A DNA stretch of 63,339 nt, counting the filler, from Octopus bimaculoides (Eukaryota), in the NCBI RefSeq assembly GCF_001194135.2. It is 7 parts of 6 records of this genome, joined end to end, with 100 filler letters (N's around TTAATTAATTAA, not from the genome) between each part and the next. Parts side by side here need not be neighbours in the genome. Positions count along the whole stretch, not along the records: positions 18,435 to 29,161 come from NC_069004.1; positions 29,262 to 30,472 come from NW_026305927.1; positions 30,573 to 38,596 come from NC_068994.1; 4 more parts are not named here. One strand, written 5' to 3'. The notes below the pieces were generated by a model. That model ran no database searches. It saw only the letters and a program-made list of their open reading frames with translations, and had not been told where the DNA came from. The translations under genes were made by a program, and so were the position numbers. Below, in pieces: positions 23,554 through 35,910 of the stretch; positions within the stretch are counted from its first letter, which is position 1, and each line of letters starts with the position of its first letter.

Positions 23554-25734
23554 NNNNNNNNNNNNNNNNNNNNNNNNNNNNNNNNNNNNNNNNNNNNNNN
23601 NNNNNNNNNNNNNNNNNNNNNNNNNNNNNNNNNNNNNNNNNNNNNNNNNNNNNNNNNNNNNNNNNNNNNNNNNNNNNNNNNNNNNNNNNNNNNNNNNNNN
23701 NNNNNNNNNNNNNNNNNNNNNNNNNNNNNNNNNNNNNNNNNNNNNNNNNNNNNNNNNNNNNNNNNNNNNNNNNNNNNNNNNNNNNNNNNNNNNNNNNNNN
23801 NNNNNNNNNNNNNNNNNNNNNNNNNNNNNNNNNNNNNNNNNNNNNNNNNNNNNNNNNNNNNNNNNNNNNNNNNNNNNNNNNNNNNNNNNNNNNNNNNNNN
23901 NNNNNNNNNNNNNNNNNNNNNNNNNNNNNNNNNNNNNNNNNNNNNNNNNNNNNNNNNNNNNNNNNNNNNNNNNNNNNNNNNNNNNNNNNNNNNNNNNNNN
24001 NNNNNNNNNNNNNNNNNNNNNNNNNNNNNNNNNNNNNNNNNNNNNNNNNNNNNNNNNNNNNNNNNNNNNNNNNNNNNNNNNNNNNNNNNNNNNNNNNNNN
24101 NNNNNNNNNNNNNNNNNNNNNNNNNNNNNNNNNNNNNNNNNNNNNNNNNNNNNNNNNNNNNNNNNNNNNNNNNNNNNNNNNNNNNNNNNNNNNNNNNNNN
24201 NNNNNNNNNNNNNNNNNNNNNNNNNNNNNNNNNNNNNNNNNNNNNNNNNNNNNNNNNNNNNNNNNNNNNNNNNNNNNNNNNNNNNNNNNNNNNNNNNNNN
24301 NNNNNNNNNNNNNNNNNNNNNNNNNNNNNNNNNNNNNNNNNNNNNNNNNNNNNNNNNNNNNNNNNNNNNNNNNNNNNNNNNNNNNNNNNNNNNNNNNNNN
24401 NNNNNNNNNNNNNNNNNNNNNNNNNATATATATATATATATATACAAATATATACATACAATGCAGATGTATTAATATTGCTTCCGTTGCTCAGAAATAT
24501 ACTATAATAAACGTGCTGAGTATTTGTGATATTAGTGACTGAAAAGGCACTGGTACGCTATATATCGTTGGCAGCGATATTTAGCAGGTATGCAGCTATC
24601 GAACAATTGCCACTGAAGAAGCGCAGTACGCCGAAATGATGTGACCGTGTATTTCCAGCTCCTATTCCCCCAAATTCTCCTCTGCTATGATACATAGTTG
24701 CGTTTTGATGTATGAGTATGTGCTTATGTTGGCATATAAGTGGCATGTATGTATGAATGAGGGTATATGTGCATTTCTTCTGTGTCCCTGGTTAACTTCA
24801 TACAGTACTATCTCTTTATTAGGCACTACGGCCTTTCATACAGTTCCAGATGTCTATATTTATGCTGTTTAACTTGTGTGCTATAATTTCTATAAGCGTT
24901 CTGATTAAATATGATATAAAATGAAGTCAGTACTTGGGTCGATATAATATCGACCTTGACATGGGAGTTCTAGCATGGCCGCAATCTAATTATTTAATCC
25001 CGTAAAATAAAATATACTAATCCCTTTAGAGAAGTTCATCTGAACTTTTTAAATATCACATAAGCTTTTCCAAATGTCAAATAGAGAGCTTAAACCAGAA
25101 AATATTGCCTCTTCATTTTATGTCTCTATATCAAAATATTTTTTGATATTAGAATACAACCGTTTATATTAACTTGTATTGCGTCGTTCTGACTCAGTTG
25201 TTCGTTTCATTTAAAAATACGTTAAAGTTGCATTATTACAGGTAGAACATCGATTTTCTGGAATCTATTCTGGATTATTGATTTTTTTTTTCGGAACCAG
25301 TGGTGGTCACTTGTTTTATCATAATCGAAATTAAACAAATATTAAATTTACGTAACCCTTTAGCATTTAAACTGAATGTATCCATCCCCAGTATCCTACC
25401 TGTTTAATGCTCGCTATATCCATCATGACTACCTGTCTAATAGGGGTACACCAGTTACATGCATCACAGCCATATGAGCGTGACATTGTGATCTTATATC
25501 AAGAATTTTCTTCAGGCCGAGTAGCCATATCTGGCCTCTCAAATTTAACCTGCAATGTCATTGCAAAAATAAGCGAGTCTTGATGGTTGGATTGTAGTCC
25601 CCGAATAATGCATGATTAATTTAAAACAATGTGAATAAAGAAGCATTACATTTGGCAGGATAATCCAGATGTTAATTGAATAATTAAATAAAATACAGGT
25701 CTGTGTATACTAGTATAAATAAACCTTTCTATTA

Positions 25735-26060
25735 TAGGGACAAGGGCCTGAAATTTGTGAGGAAGGGACCAGTTGATTATATCAACACCAGTGTTTCTCT
25801 GGTACGTAAATTATCGACCCTGAAAGGACGAAAAGCTAAGTCGACCCCGGCGGAATTTGAACTCAAAACGTAAAGACGGACGAAATGCCGCTAAGCATTT
25901 TGCTCGGCGCTGTAACAATTCAGCCAGCTCATTGTCTTTTTCAAATTTTGGCCCAAGGGCAGAAGGTTATGGGAGAGGGGCCTACATCGACCCTAGTGCT
26001 CAACTGGTACTTATTTTATCGATCTCGAAAGGATGAAAGGCAAAGTCGACCTAACGGAAT
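25735..26060 (-). mobile_element. Two tandem SINE family B copies (second is partial)
   Basis: ATCGACCC.GAAAGGA.GAAA....AAGTCGACC occurs at about 25814-25850 and again at about 26018-26052. Confidence 0.75.
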
Positions 26061-26747
26061 TAGCATAAATACTACAAGTTAATTAATACAGTACAGTGCA
26101 ACGTACTAATCAGTGAAAGGTATCTGTATTTTGTCTGCAGAGCATGGAAATTTGAAGTTCCTGTTAGGAAATTAGAGCTTTGTTAGAGATTTTGGACTAT
26201 CAGTGTCCAGAATGTCGATGATACTACAGTAATTTTATCTTTTCATATTCTCTTGCTTGTCACGTCTTTTGCTTGAGAGTTACGTTTTCAATAACGTTAA
26301 CCACGGAACGAAAATTTTAACTGAACAAAATAAATTGAATTGTTAGGTTAATAACTATGTTATATACGGGACGAAATGGCGGACATTGTGAAAGAAGTTC
26401 GTCTGTTGAGCTTTTCAGAACGTAAACTATGGAAGGACATTTTAAATATAATGGAAGAAACTCACGTTCATACTTTATAAATCTATATACATACGCATAC
26501 ACAAACACACACACACATGCACGCGCGCGCACACATACACATAGACACACATACACACACATATATATATATACACAGACATAACATACTTACACACCGC
26601 ACAAACACACACATACGCACAAACTAACACAAACACAAACACGCAGACACACACGCACACACACACAAACCGTCTCTCTCTCTCACACCCACACACTCAC
26701 ACACATGCATACAAACACACACATGTACAGACACAAATACACATTCT

Positions 26748-26780
<33 letters not shown>

Positions 26781-27639
26781 TCTCACACACACACACCCAT
26801 ATGCACAGACATACACACACACACACACTCGCACAGACACACAATCCGTCTCTTTCTCTCTTCTCTCTCTTTCTCTCTCCCTCTCTATCACACACATACA
26901 CCCATATGCACAGATACAAATACATACACACACACACAATCTCACAGACGCACAAATACACACACATCGTTTCACTCTCTCTCTCTCTCTCATACACACC
27001 CATATGCACACACACACTCGCACAGACACACAATCACACAAACACACACACACACACACCCTCCCCCTCTCTCTCTCTCCCCCACACACACGCACAAACA
27101 CTCGCTCACGCATGTATATTTATAGTACGCCTATCTGTCAAATCAACAATTATGAATGCGAAATGTCTTCAACCGTTCGTTAATTCCTCTATAATTATCC
27201 AAGATTTGTTTGTACATCATTAATCAATCTCATTGAAATGGTTGAAATTCTTCATTTCACCTCCAAGTAGGTTCTTCATTTTGATGTAATGAGCACTTTA
27301 CAGAAGACTGATGATTACGAGGCCGTCTTCTCTGCTCTCTTGTAGTAATGGGAGCTTCTAAGATGGCCGTAAAAATATCCAGATATGAAGCCATGTATAC
27401 GTATGGTCACACCTACTTATCTGCTGTTATCTTCCGACTTTCGCTTGTTTTACGCATTGGATTGTGGCCATGCTGGGGCACCACCTCGAAGAGTTTTTGT
27501 TTGTCCTTGTTTTTTTTTTTCTTGTTTCTTATTTTTTTTCATTTTTTCTTTTTTGGTTTTTGTTTTAGCGTTTGGTTGGTTATTCATTCTATCAATCTAG
27601 TTTAGCCGAACCGCAAATGTCACGGAAGTGACGTAAGCA

Positions 27640-27935
27640 TCGTATTCATCATCGTCGTCATCGTCGTCACCGTTGACAGCATCATCATCATGATCATCAT
27701 CATCGTCATCATCGCTGTCATCGTCATCGTAATCTTCGTCATCGTAATCTTCGTCATCGCCGTCGTCGTCGTTGTCGTCATCATCATCATCGTCCATGTC
27801 GTCGTTGTCATCCTCCTCCCCCTCCTCCTCCTCCTACTCCTCCTCCTCCTCATCATCATCATCGTCATCAACGACAACAGCAGCAAGAGCTAGCAATTTC
27901 TAATGTAACGGAAATGATTTCCAAAGGAACAAGAG

Positions 27936-27991
<56 letters not shown>

Positions 27992-28550
27992 GCTGCAGCA
28001 ACAATAACCACAATAGCAACGACACCTCCACTGCTAACACTAACCAGGACACCAGCAATAACAACGNNNNNNNNNNNNNNNNNNNNNNNNNNNNNNNNNN
28101 NNNNNNNNNNNNNNNNNNNNNNNNNNNNNNNNNNNNNNNNNNNNNNNNNNNNNNNNNNNNNNNNNNNNNNNNNNNNNNNNNNNNNNNNNNNNNNNNNNNN
28201 NNNNNNNNNNNNNNNNNNNNNNNNNNNNNNNNNNNNNNNNNNNNNNNNNNNNNNNNNNNNNNNNNNNNNNNNNNNNNNNNNNNNNNNNNNNNNNNNNNNN
28301 NNNNNNNNNNNNNNNNNNNNNNNNNNNNNNNNNNNNNNNNNNNNNNNNNCACCACCACCACCACCACCATCACCACCACCACCATCACCATCACCACCAC
28401 CACCATCACCATCACCGTTATGAATAAACAGAACAAGAAGAAGAACGTCAACTTCTTATTTTCTGTTTCTACCTTCAACGCCAACACAACTTTGACTATG
28501 AATACAAACAACAACAACAGCAACAACAACAGCAGCAACAGCAACAACAA

Positions 28551-28585
<35 letters not shown>

Positions 28586-29161
28586 GCAACATCAACAGCA
28601 ACAACATCGCTTTAAGCCATCACAATCATGATAAGCAAAACCGATATCAAAACCATTGCAATCAGTTACAAAGGATACCGTCGCAAAGAATACTTCAAGA
28701 ATTCCTGCAATCGATATCAACCACTTCAGGAATCAAATAAACAGCAGCAGCAGCATCAGAAGCAGCAGCAGCAGTAGCAGCAGCAGCAGGAAGGGTACCA
28801 ATGCCACGATAATGAAGAATACGAATGCTGTATAAGCAGAAGAGCATCACCAAGGCCAGCACCGATGACGCCACCAAGAGTAACAAAAACGATTCTGGCA
28901 CCAACACCACCACCGCCAGCTGCAGCAGTAGCGAGGACAGCAGCGGCAGCAGCGGCAGCAGAAGCAGCAGCGGTGGTGGTGTTAGTAACGACAATGTTAG
29001 CAAGGATAATGGCAGGACCACCACCACGAAAGACTGGTGCCAATAAAATTGCAGACAAAGATAGTAGCAAATATAAGGAAGGCCTCGCCACGAATCGCCA
29101 ACGCAACACTGATACCACCACCACCACCACCACCACCACCACCAACACCACCACCACCACT
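27640..29161. repeat. Long low-complexity trinucleotide mosaic (TCG/TCA/TCC/CAC/AAC/AGC)
   Basis: Read directly; produces spurious homopolymeric ORFs on both strands. Confidence 0.85.
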
Positions 29162-29261
29162 NNNNNNNNNNNNNNNNNNNNNNNNNNNNNNNNNNNNNNN
29201 NNNNNTTAATTAATTAANNNNNNNNNNNNNNNNNNNNNNNNNNNNNNNNNNNNNNNNNNNN
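29162..29261. other. Artificial assembly spacer
   Basis: Same 100-nt layout. Confidence 0.95.
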
Positions 29262-30030
29262 GCCCAAGATCAATGCCTACCGACAAGAAACTACCAGGCC
29301 AACATATTAAAGAACGGTTGTCTCAATGTTGTCTCCACGCGCAGTTTTCTTGTGCCTACAGAGTATCTCAACAGGCATGATAGAGCAGCACAATATATTC
29401 ACTGGGAAATTTGCAACAACCTGGACCTGTCACATAATAAAAACTGGTGGGAACACAAACCATCTCCAGTGCTTGAAAATGATCACATCGCACTCTTCTG
29501 GAACTTCACCATTTAAACTGACAGATGCGAATAGGCCAGACATTGTATTGAAAAACTTCAGAGAAAAATCATGCCGCCTCATTGATATCACTGTCCCAAT
29601 CGACATAAATGTATCTGTCAAGATCTACCAAAAACTGAGCAAGTAGACAGATCTTGAAATAGAAATTAGCAAAATGTGGAACCTCAAGACTAAAACAATA
29701 CCTATTGTCATAAGTGCCCTGGGAATGACACGAAAAGGGGATGATTGCTACCTAGCTCAGACACCAGGAAACCCCAAAATGGCAGAAATTCAAATGATAA
29801 TGTTCATGGTAACTGTCCATATCCTACGTAAAATACAGTCTATGTAATCTCAAATTTTGGAACAATCTTATAATTTTCTTAAACATTTTCTAGAACAATA
29901 TTATGTGCAAAACGAAATATATGACACCCTAGGCATAACACCAACATGAACTTCTAACTTATTGTCTCTTGAGGTCTCTGGGTGAGACTTGGAGCTAACT
30001 TGTACAAATACAAAACAAAAGTCAAGCATA
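29262..30030 (+). mobile_element. R4/Dong-type retrotransposon 3' fragment (end of zinc knuckle plus REL endonuclease)
   Basis: QHINHVVS-like, YIHWEICNNL...KNWWEHKP.PVLEND, DANRPDIVLKNFREKSCRLIDITVP, IPIVISALG...HILRKI; followed by AAC/AAT/GAT arrays. Confidence 0.85.
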
Positions 30031-30059
30031 TAACAACAACAACAACAAAAGTAATAATG

Positions 30060-30090
<31 letters not shown>

Positions 30091-30100
30091 TGATGATGAC

Positions 30101-30146
<46 letters not shown>

Positions 30147-30472
30147 GTGGTGATGATGGTGATGATCGCAAACGAATGCCCTAAACTTGCCCCAAACCAC
30201 TACTAGTTGTGGCGACACGAGCCGGTAGCACTGCCAGGCCAAGGACATCTGGAAATTATCCATAATAATTTCCAACCGAACAGTTCTCCGGAATAGAGTA
30301 ACCAGTTCGTTTTTGTCGGCTCCCAAAAATTCCTCGAGATCGTCGTCGCACTTCACCACCACTAATCCTCTATATATTTCTAAAGCGCGACATCTACCGA
30401 TCCCATTGCCTGACTGGTAGAGGGCTGTGAGCGCCTGACAACATTCTAAGTGCTAGACGCCCAGCCGCGGTC

Positions 30473-30572
30473 NNNNNNNNNNNNNNNNNNNNNNNNNNNN
30501 NNNNNNNNNNNNNNNNTTAATTAATTAANNNNNNNNNNNNNNNNNNNNNNNNNNNNNNNNNNNNNNNNNNNN
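30473..30572. other. Artificial assembly spacer
   Basis: Same 100-nt layout. Confidence 0.95.
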
Positions 30573-30611
<39 letters not shown>

Positions 30612-31940
30612 GGTGGTGGTGGTGGTGACGGCGATGGCGGCGGAGAAGGAGGAGGAAAGTTGGGAGCGAGAAATGTAAAAGAGGCCAGTCAGTGAGAGTT
30701 TAATTGATGGATGGAGGGAAGTGGGAGTAAATTAATTTTTAAATAATTATATCCGATATATATATATATATATATATATTTATACCCCCACACCCCCACA
30801 CACACATATTGACATTACAAGGTGATTCTTCACTCTACTTGTTTCTACTCCACTCAACCTGTACGCTACTTCACTCCACTCCGTTCCAATTACCCTGCCT
30901 CGCTTTTTTCTGCCTTGGACTACTTGGAAAAAATTAGTGGATAAGAACATCTAACCATAGCCAGACCAACTTTGTTGACTTAGGTGTGTACGTTTGTGTG
31001 TACGTGTAGCCAATAGACGAAGGGACAGGAAGGCGGCGGTAAGCAAGAAAAAAGAGGAAGAAATAGGCAAACCGAGTGGGGTGGAATATGGCTGGTTGGG
31101 GTGGGGGTGCAATGCGGTTGTACTAGGTGAGGAGGAAGGTAAGGTGACTGTTAGAAAAAAGAAAGAGGAAGAGTGTGTAAATGGAAAATATACAGGGATA
31201 GACCGTGAAAGAGTGTACGGAAATCAGAAAGATATAAAAATGCCGTATAAAGTTAGAGAGAGAGAGAGGGAACAAGAAAGATAAAACAACGTGAAGAGGG
31301 AAATACTCGAAAGTCAGAGATAGAGAAAAAGAAGAAAAGGAAAAATTGAAAAGGACAGAAAGAAGGAAAGAAAGAACTACAGAGACATTAAGAAATTTAA
31401 AATACAGGAATAGAAAGACAAGACAAAGAGAAATAGACAAATAAGGCGGAGTGATATAGGAAGGACTGAGAAATATAGATAATCTTTAGAAAATAAAAGA
31501 AAGGACAGACTGGAACAGTGAGACGGAGGGAGTAAAGGATTATAGTCCATTATTGGAATAAAATTAAAAACGTCCCCCACCCCCTTCAATATATGTGCAT
31601 TCACATTTTAAGTTAAGTGACATGCAAGTTTCTACACACTAATAATACGCATAAACACATTTTAAAACATTCATGCGAGCACTTGTGTTTTTGAAATTCG
31701 CGCTCACACGTTAACACAAATACTCACACAATCCCTTTTCTAAATACGCATTAACAGATTCAGAAGAATATTGCACATACATACATACATACATACATAC
31801 ATACATACATACATACATACATACACACACGCACACATACTTCCACAAGTGCGTTGTTACAAAGTTACATGGACACATAGGTGTGTGTGTGTGTGTATAC
31901 ATATATATATGTATATATCTTATATGGATTATATATTAAT

Positions 31941-32328
31941 TTTTTATTCTTTTACTTGTTTCAGTCATTTGATTGCGGCCATGCTAGAGCACCGCCTTTA
32001 GTCGAGCAAGTCGATCCCAGGACTTATTCTTTGTAAGCCTAGTACTTATTCTATTGTTCCCTTTTGCCGAACCGCTAAGTTACGGGGACGGAAACACACC
32101 AGCATCGGTTGTCAAGCGATGGCGGGGGAACAAATACGGACACACAAACACACACACACATATATATATACACGACAGGCTTCTTTCAGTTTCCATCTAC
32201 CAAATCTACTCAAGTCTTTGGTCGGCCCGAGGCTATAGTAGAAGACACTCGCCCAAGATGTCACGCAGTGGGACTGAACCCGGGACCATGTGGTTGGCAA
32301 GCAAGCTACTTACCACACAGCCACTCCT
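31941..32328 (-). mobile_element. SINE family A, near full length
   Basis: Complete reverse-complement match to 57745-58165, including the internal CA/TA microsatellite and the (GAATAAAA)-type tail. Confidence 0.9.
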
Positions 32329-32569
32329 GTATACAATGGGCATTTTCTTTTTCAATTTCTGAACCCAGAACCATGGTTGGTTAGCAAGCTCTTTGCTATA
32401 CAGCCACTCCTGCGCCTATGGCTCCTTACCACACAGCCACTCCTGCGCCTATTGCTTATATATAATGTTTTATATAAAACTTTCATATAGATATATATTC
32501 ACATAAATATTAGTTTAATATTGTTCAGAATTGTATTGTTCTAATAAATCGATGTCTATATGTAAGTTT

Positions 32570-32788
32570 CTCCGTTCTCCTATGTGTGTGTGTGTGTTCG
32601 CCCAACATCGCTTGACAACCGATGCTGGTAGGCTTGCGTCCCCGTAACTTAGCGCTTCGGCATAAGAGACCGATAGAATAAGTACTAAGCTTACAAACAA
32701 TAAGTTCTGGGGTCAATTTGCTCGACTAAAGGCGGTGCTCCAGCATGGCTGCAGTCACATGACTGAAACAAATAAAGAATAAAAGAAT
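32570..32788 (+). mobile_element. SINE family A, 3' half, inverted relative to 31941-32130
   Basis: CATCGCTTGACAACCGATG.TGGT...GTCCCCGTAACTTAGCG.TTCGGCA..AGACCGATAGAATAAGTACT...GACTAAAGGCGGTGCTCCAGCATGG. Confidence 0.85.
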
Positions 32789-34800
32789 ATATATAATCAG
32801 AAAGATAAGCAGAGTGAGGGCAGGGGATTACAAATATATTGACAGATGCGGAGTTGAATGTAAACAGCAGTTGTGTCAACGTTGATATTAATTGAAAAAA
32901 TGGGCAAGGTAGAAGACATATAAAGGGAAAGAGTGGAAACTTCGTTAAAATTTTGATTTACTTGGGGATCTATGTACAGCAAAATAGTCTGGGTCTTGAC
33001 CGAAGTGGAGAAAGGAAGCCATTCATGTTATTTCAAAGCTTGCACGCTGCTAAATCTTCAACTTTTACCACAAATTAATATTGCTATTTTACTGCTCACT
33101 GTATGAGTAGTAAAACAGCATTATCGTGTAATTTCTATTGTTTTTTTTTACTATTACCGGTTTCATCAACATATCACTATTGAACTTCTTCACTATTATT
33201 ACCGCAGATAGTACTATATTACTACTAAAGATTCGCTCAACCACTAACACTACCACCAGCTTAACACTATTAATTTAATAACTCTCCTACTACAATTATC
33301 ACAATACTATATTATACCAATACCAGATCTAATGCAACTACCATTAAGAACTACCTCCTCCCATCACTACTAACAAGTTATACTTCGCTCGCTTTACCTC
33401 TGGTTTCATCTGCTAGAAATAGTAGCTAAATATTTTTAAATTATTATTTACCGCCTTCTAAATAAAAGACGAAATGGTCATTGTTAGAATGCTATCTGAT
33501 CCTCACTATGCCCAGTCAGGACCGACCTGGCGCTAAACAATAACAGAAAGGAACCTCTAAATGATCGCTTGACCTGCTAAAATAGCAAATAAATCTCAGC
33601 TCACGCCGGTACATGTTTAAAAAATTGGTAGGACACAATATAGTGATAAATATGCAAAAACGACAGGGTAGTTACGAATGGAAACCTTTTGATCAAAGGC
33701 TTGCACAAGTACAACTGCTCCCACCCTCAATCCATTTTCATTACTGTATTACACCCCCCACCACTCTACTTCTCCGTCCCCCATCAGCAGCATCATCTCT
33801 TTGCAACTATAAACCTCCTACTTCCTCAACTAAGACCACTAATACCACCACCAACACACTGACTACACCGGCGCCACCAGTTTCGAGACACCTCTTATTA
33901 CATCAAATAGAGCAACTGCAGCTACTATCACTACTACAATAGTGACTACACCTCATACTCTTCCTCACCCGGGACATTGCTTACACTGCTCCTACCGGTA
34001 AACCACTCTCTCTTTCTCTTACTCTTTCCCTCTCCCGCTACTAATCTTCTCTATTACTTCGCTAAAACTGCCATCACCATCATTACGATTGCCATTGCTG
34101 TATCCCTGCCGGCTATAGCAATGGTACTACTTTTCCCTAATCTTTTCTTTCACCTGCACCTCTCTTTTACAGATACTTGCTTCCCTCACTTGTTCTGTTG
34201 CTACTCTTTCTAGTTTCATACCATCCATCACTATATTCTTCTCTCATCTCTTATCTTTCTTCCCCTCTCTCTAGCAAGCACTACACTTCTATAATCAACA
34301 CTAATATGTGGTAAGAGAGCGATGGCCAAACGGGAGGAAGAGAGAGGAGAGGTTTATGTGCGTGTGTCAGGGTATGTGTGTGTGTATATATATGTCTGCG
34401 TATGTGCGTATTTGCATATATAATCCTTGTTTGCATGTGTTTATGTAGTACAACTATCAGCTAGTCTGTCAAATGTACTTGTACGAAGTGTGCATGTGTA
34501 TAAGGTTGTAACTGTTCCTGTATATGTCGCGTTTTATTTGTGTGTGTGTGTGAGTATACATATATGTAAAGAATAATCAATGGCTCTATTTTTTTAAGGT
34601 AATTGATTATGGGGGAAATTTGTGCATGAATGTGTTTAAACCTTTCTTTGTATGTATGTGTATGTATATATGGATGTTTTATTCATTAACTTAAAGAGTA
34701 CTGCTAACTGTATGATTAAAAAGGGATATAATTGTTGAATAGATAGGTGACCATGTAATAAGATGGCTAGGAAGTAAACGATTGAAACATGCAGTAATAC

Positions 34801-35676
34801 AGTATGGGGTACAATAAGTAAAATTTACTGCATTTTTGACTTTGAAAAAAAAAATTTTTTACAAATATTCACTATTTTACAAAAACTATAACAGCTAAGC
34901 AAATGACCTTCTATTAACGCATTAAGAACGCTATAACATATTCTGAAATACTACTTCAGAAAATTATCATCGTTCTCTTTAAACATCTAAGAGACAAATT
35001 TAGCTGGGGATATAAGATAAGATAAGGTAAATTTGCCTCTTCAATTCTCCAGAATTACATTTGAGAAAAGACTCATTATACATCAATATCCATCCTTTGA
35101 CATCAGAAACTCACTTTTAAATTATCTAGGTCAAATGAAAGAACATCATGGTAAAATAGCACATGATATGAAATCAACGAAACTCGATTAAATCTAAAAA
35201 CTCGACATAAAATATTCTTTATAGCTTCTTCACCATCTGCCGGAGTGGCTCTCTTCCTGATATATTTGTGCACCATGGAGTTAAAGAGAGGAAATTATTA
35301 AAATTAGTCATTATTCATTCTGCTCCATTTTAGACATAGTTTTTTGAAAATTGAAGATTATTAAATTAGATATTAGCATGAGAAAAAATGACTTTGGTTC
35401 CAACAGAGAAAAGAATATTGATTGTTAAATACTAAAAATTGCAACTTCAATTACAATCGGGTCAAACAAATTTCTTTAATAAATGTACCTGTGAGCTGGT
35501 TGTTTCATACTCTCTCAACTTCAGTAATAATTACGCTGGCCAATTTTACTCCCAAAGATGATGCAACAGTACAAAATGATGCAATACTTACAATATAATA
35601 GTGTCAAATAGGTCGGAGAAAAATAACGAGAAATTACTCATTTTGCTCCAGTTACCAATTTTGCACCCCCATGTAC
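34801..35676 (-). mobile_element. Possible decayed pogo/Tigger-like non-autonomous element
   Basis: Short minus-strand ORF 35276-35103 begins MVHKYIRKRATP, similar to MVRxYKRK pogo N-termini; degenerate inverted ends GGGGTACAATAAGTAA (34806) and rc GGGGGTGCAAAATTGGTAA (35670). Confidence 0.25.
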
Positions 35677-35910
35677 ATACTGGAATTTATTTGATCTTTC
35701 CGAATGCTTAAAGCATACATATATGCTCCAGATAAAACGCATAAGCTAGAGTGTACTATATATANNNNNNNNNNNNNNNNNNNNNNNNNNNNNNNNNNNN
35801 NNNNNNNNNNNNNNNNNNNNNNNNNNNNNNNNNNNNNNNNNNNNNNNNNNNNNNNNNNNNNNNNNNNNNNNNNNNNNNNNNNNNNNTATATATATATATA
35901 TATATATTTC

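Noticed and set aside
26620-27060. Higher-order repeats within a CA/CT tract (CCCATATGCAC...CTCGCACAGACACACAATC recurring)
   Set aside because: Explained by slippage and local duplication in a degenerate microsatellite; not CRISPR-like (no constant repeat with unique spacers).
27300-27420. Minus-strand TIRIHGFISG resembling the lipase IIHG motif
   Set aside because: No usable splice sites, none of the expected W/DW context, and a stop follows; treated as chance.
27597-29209. Many overlapping ORFs with poly-D/S/N/T/L/V/A tracts
   Set aside because: Translations of trinucleotide arrays, open on both strands; no splice or domain evidence.
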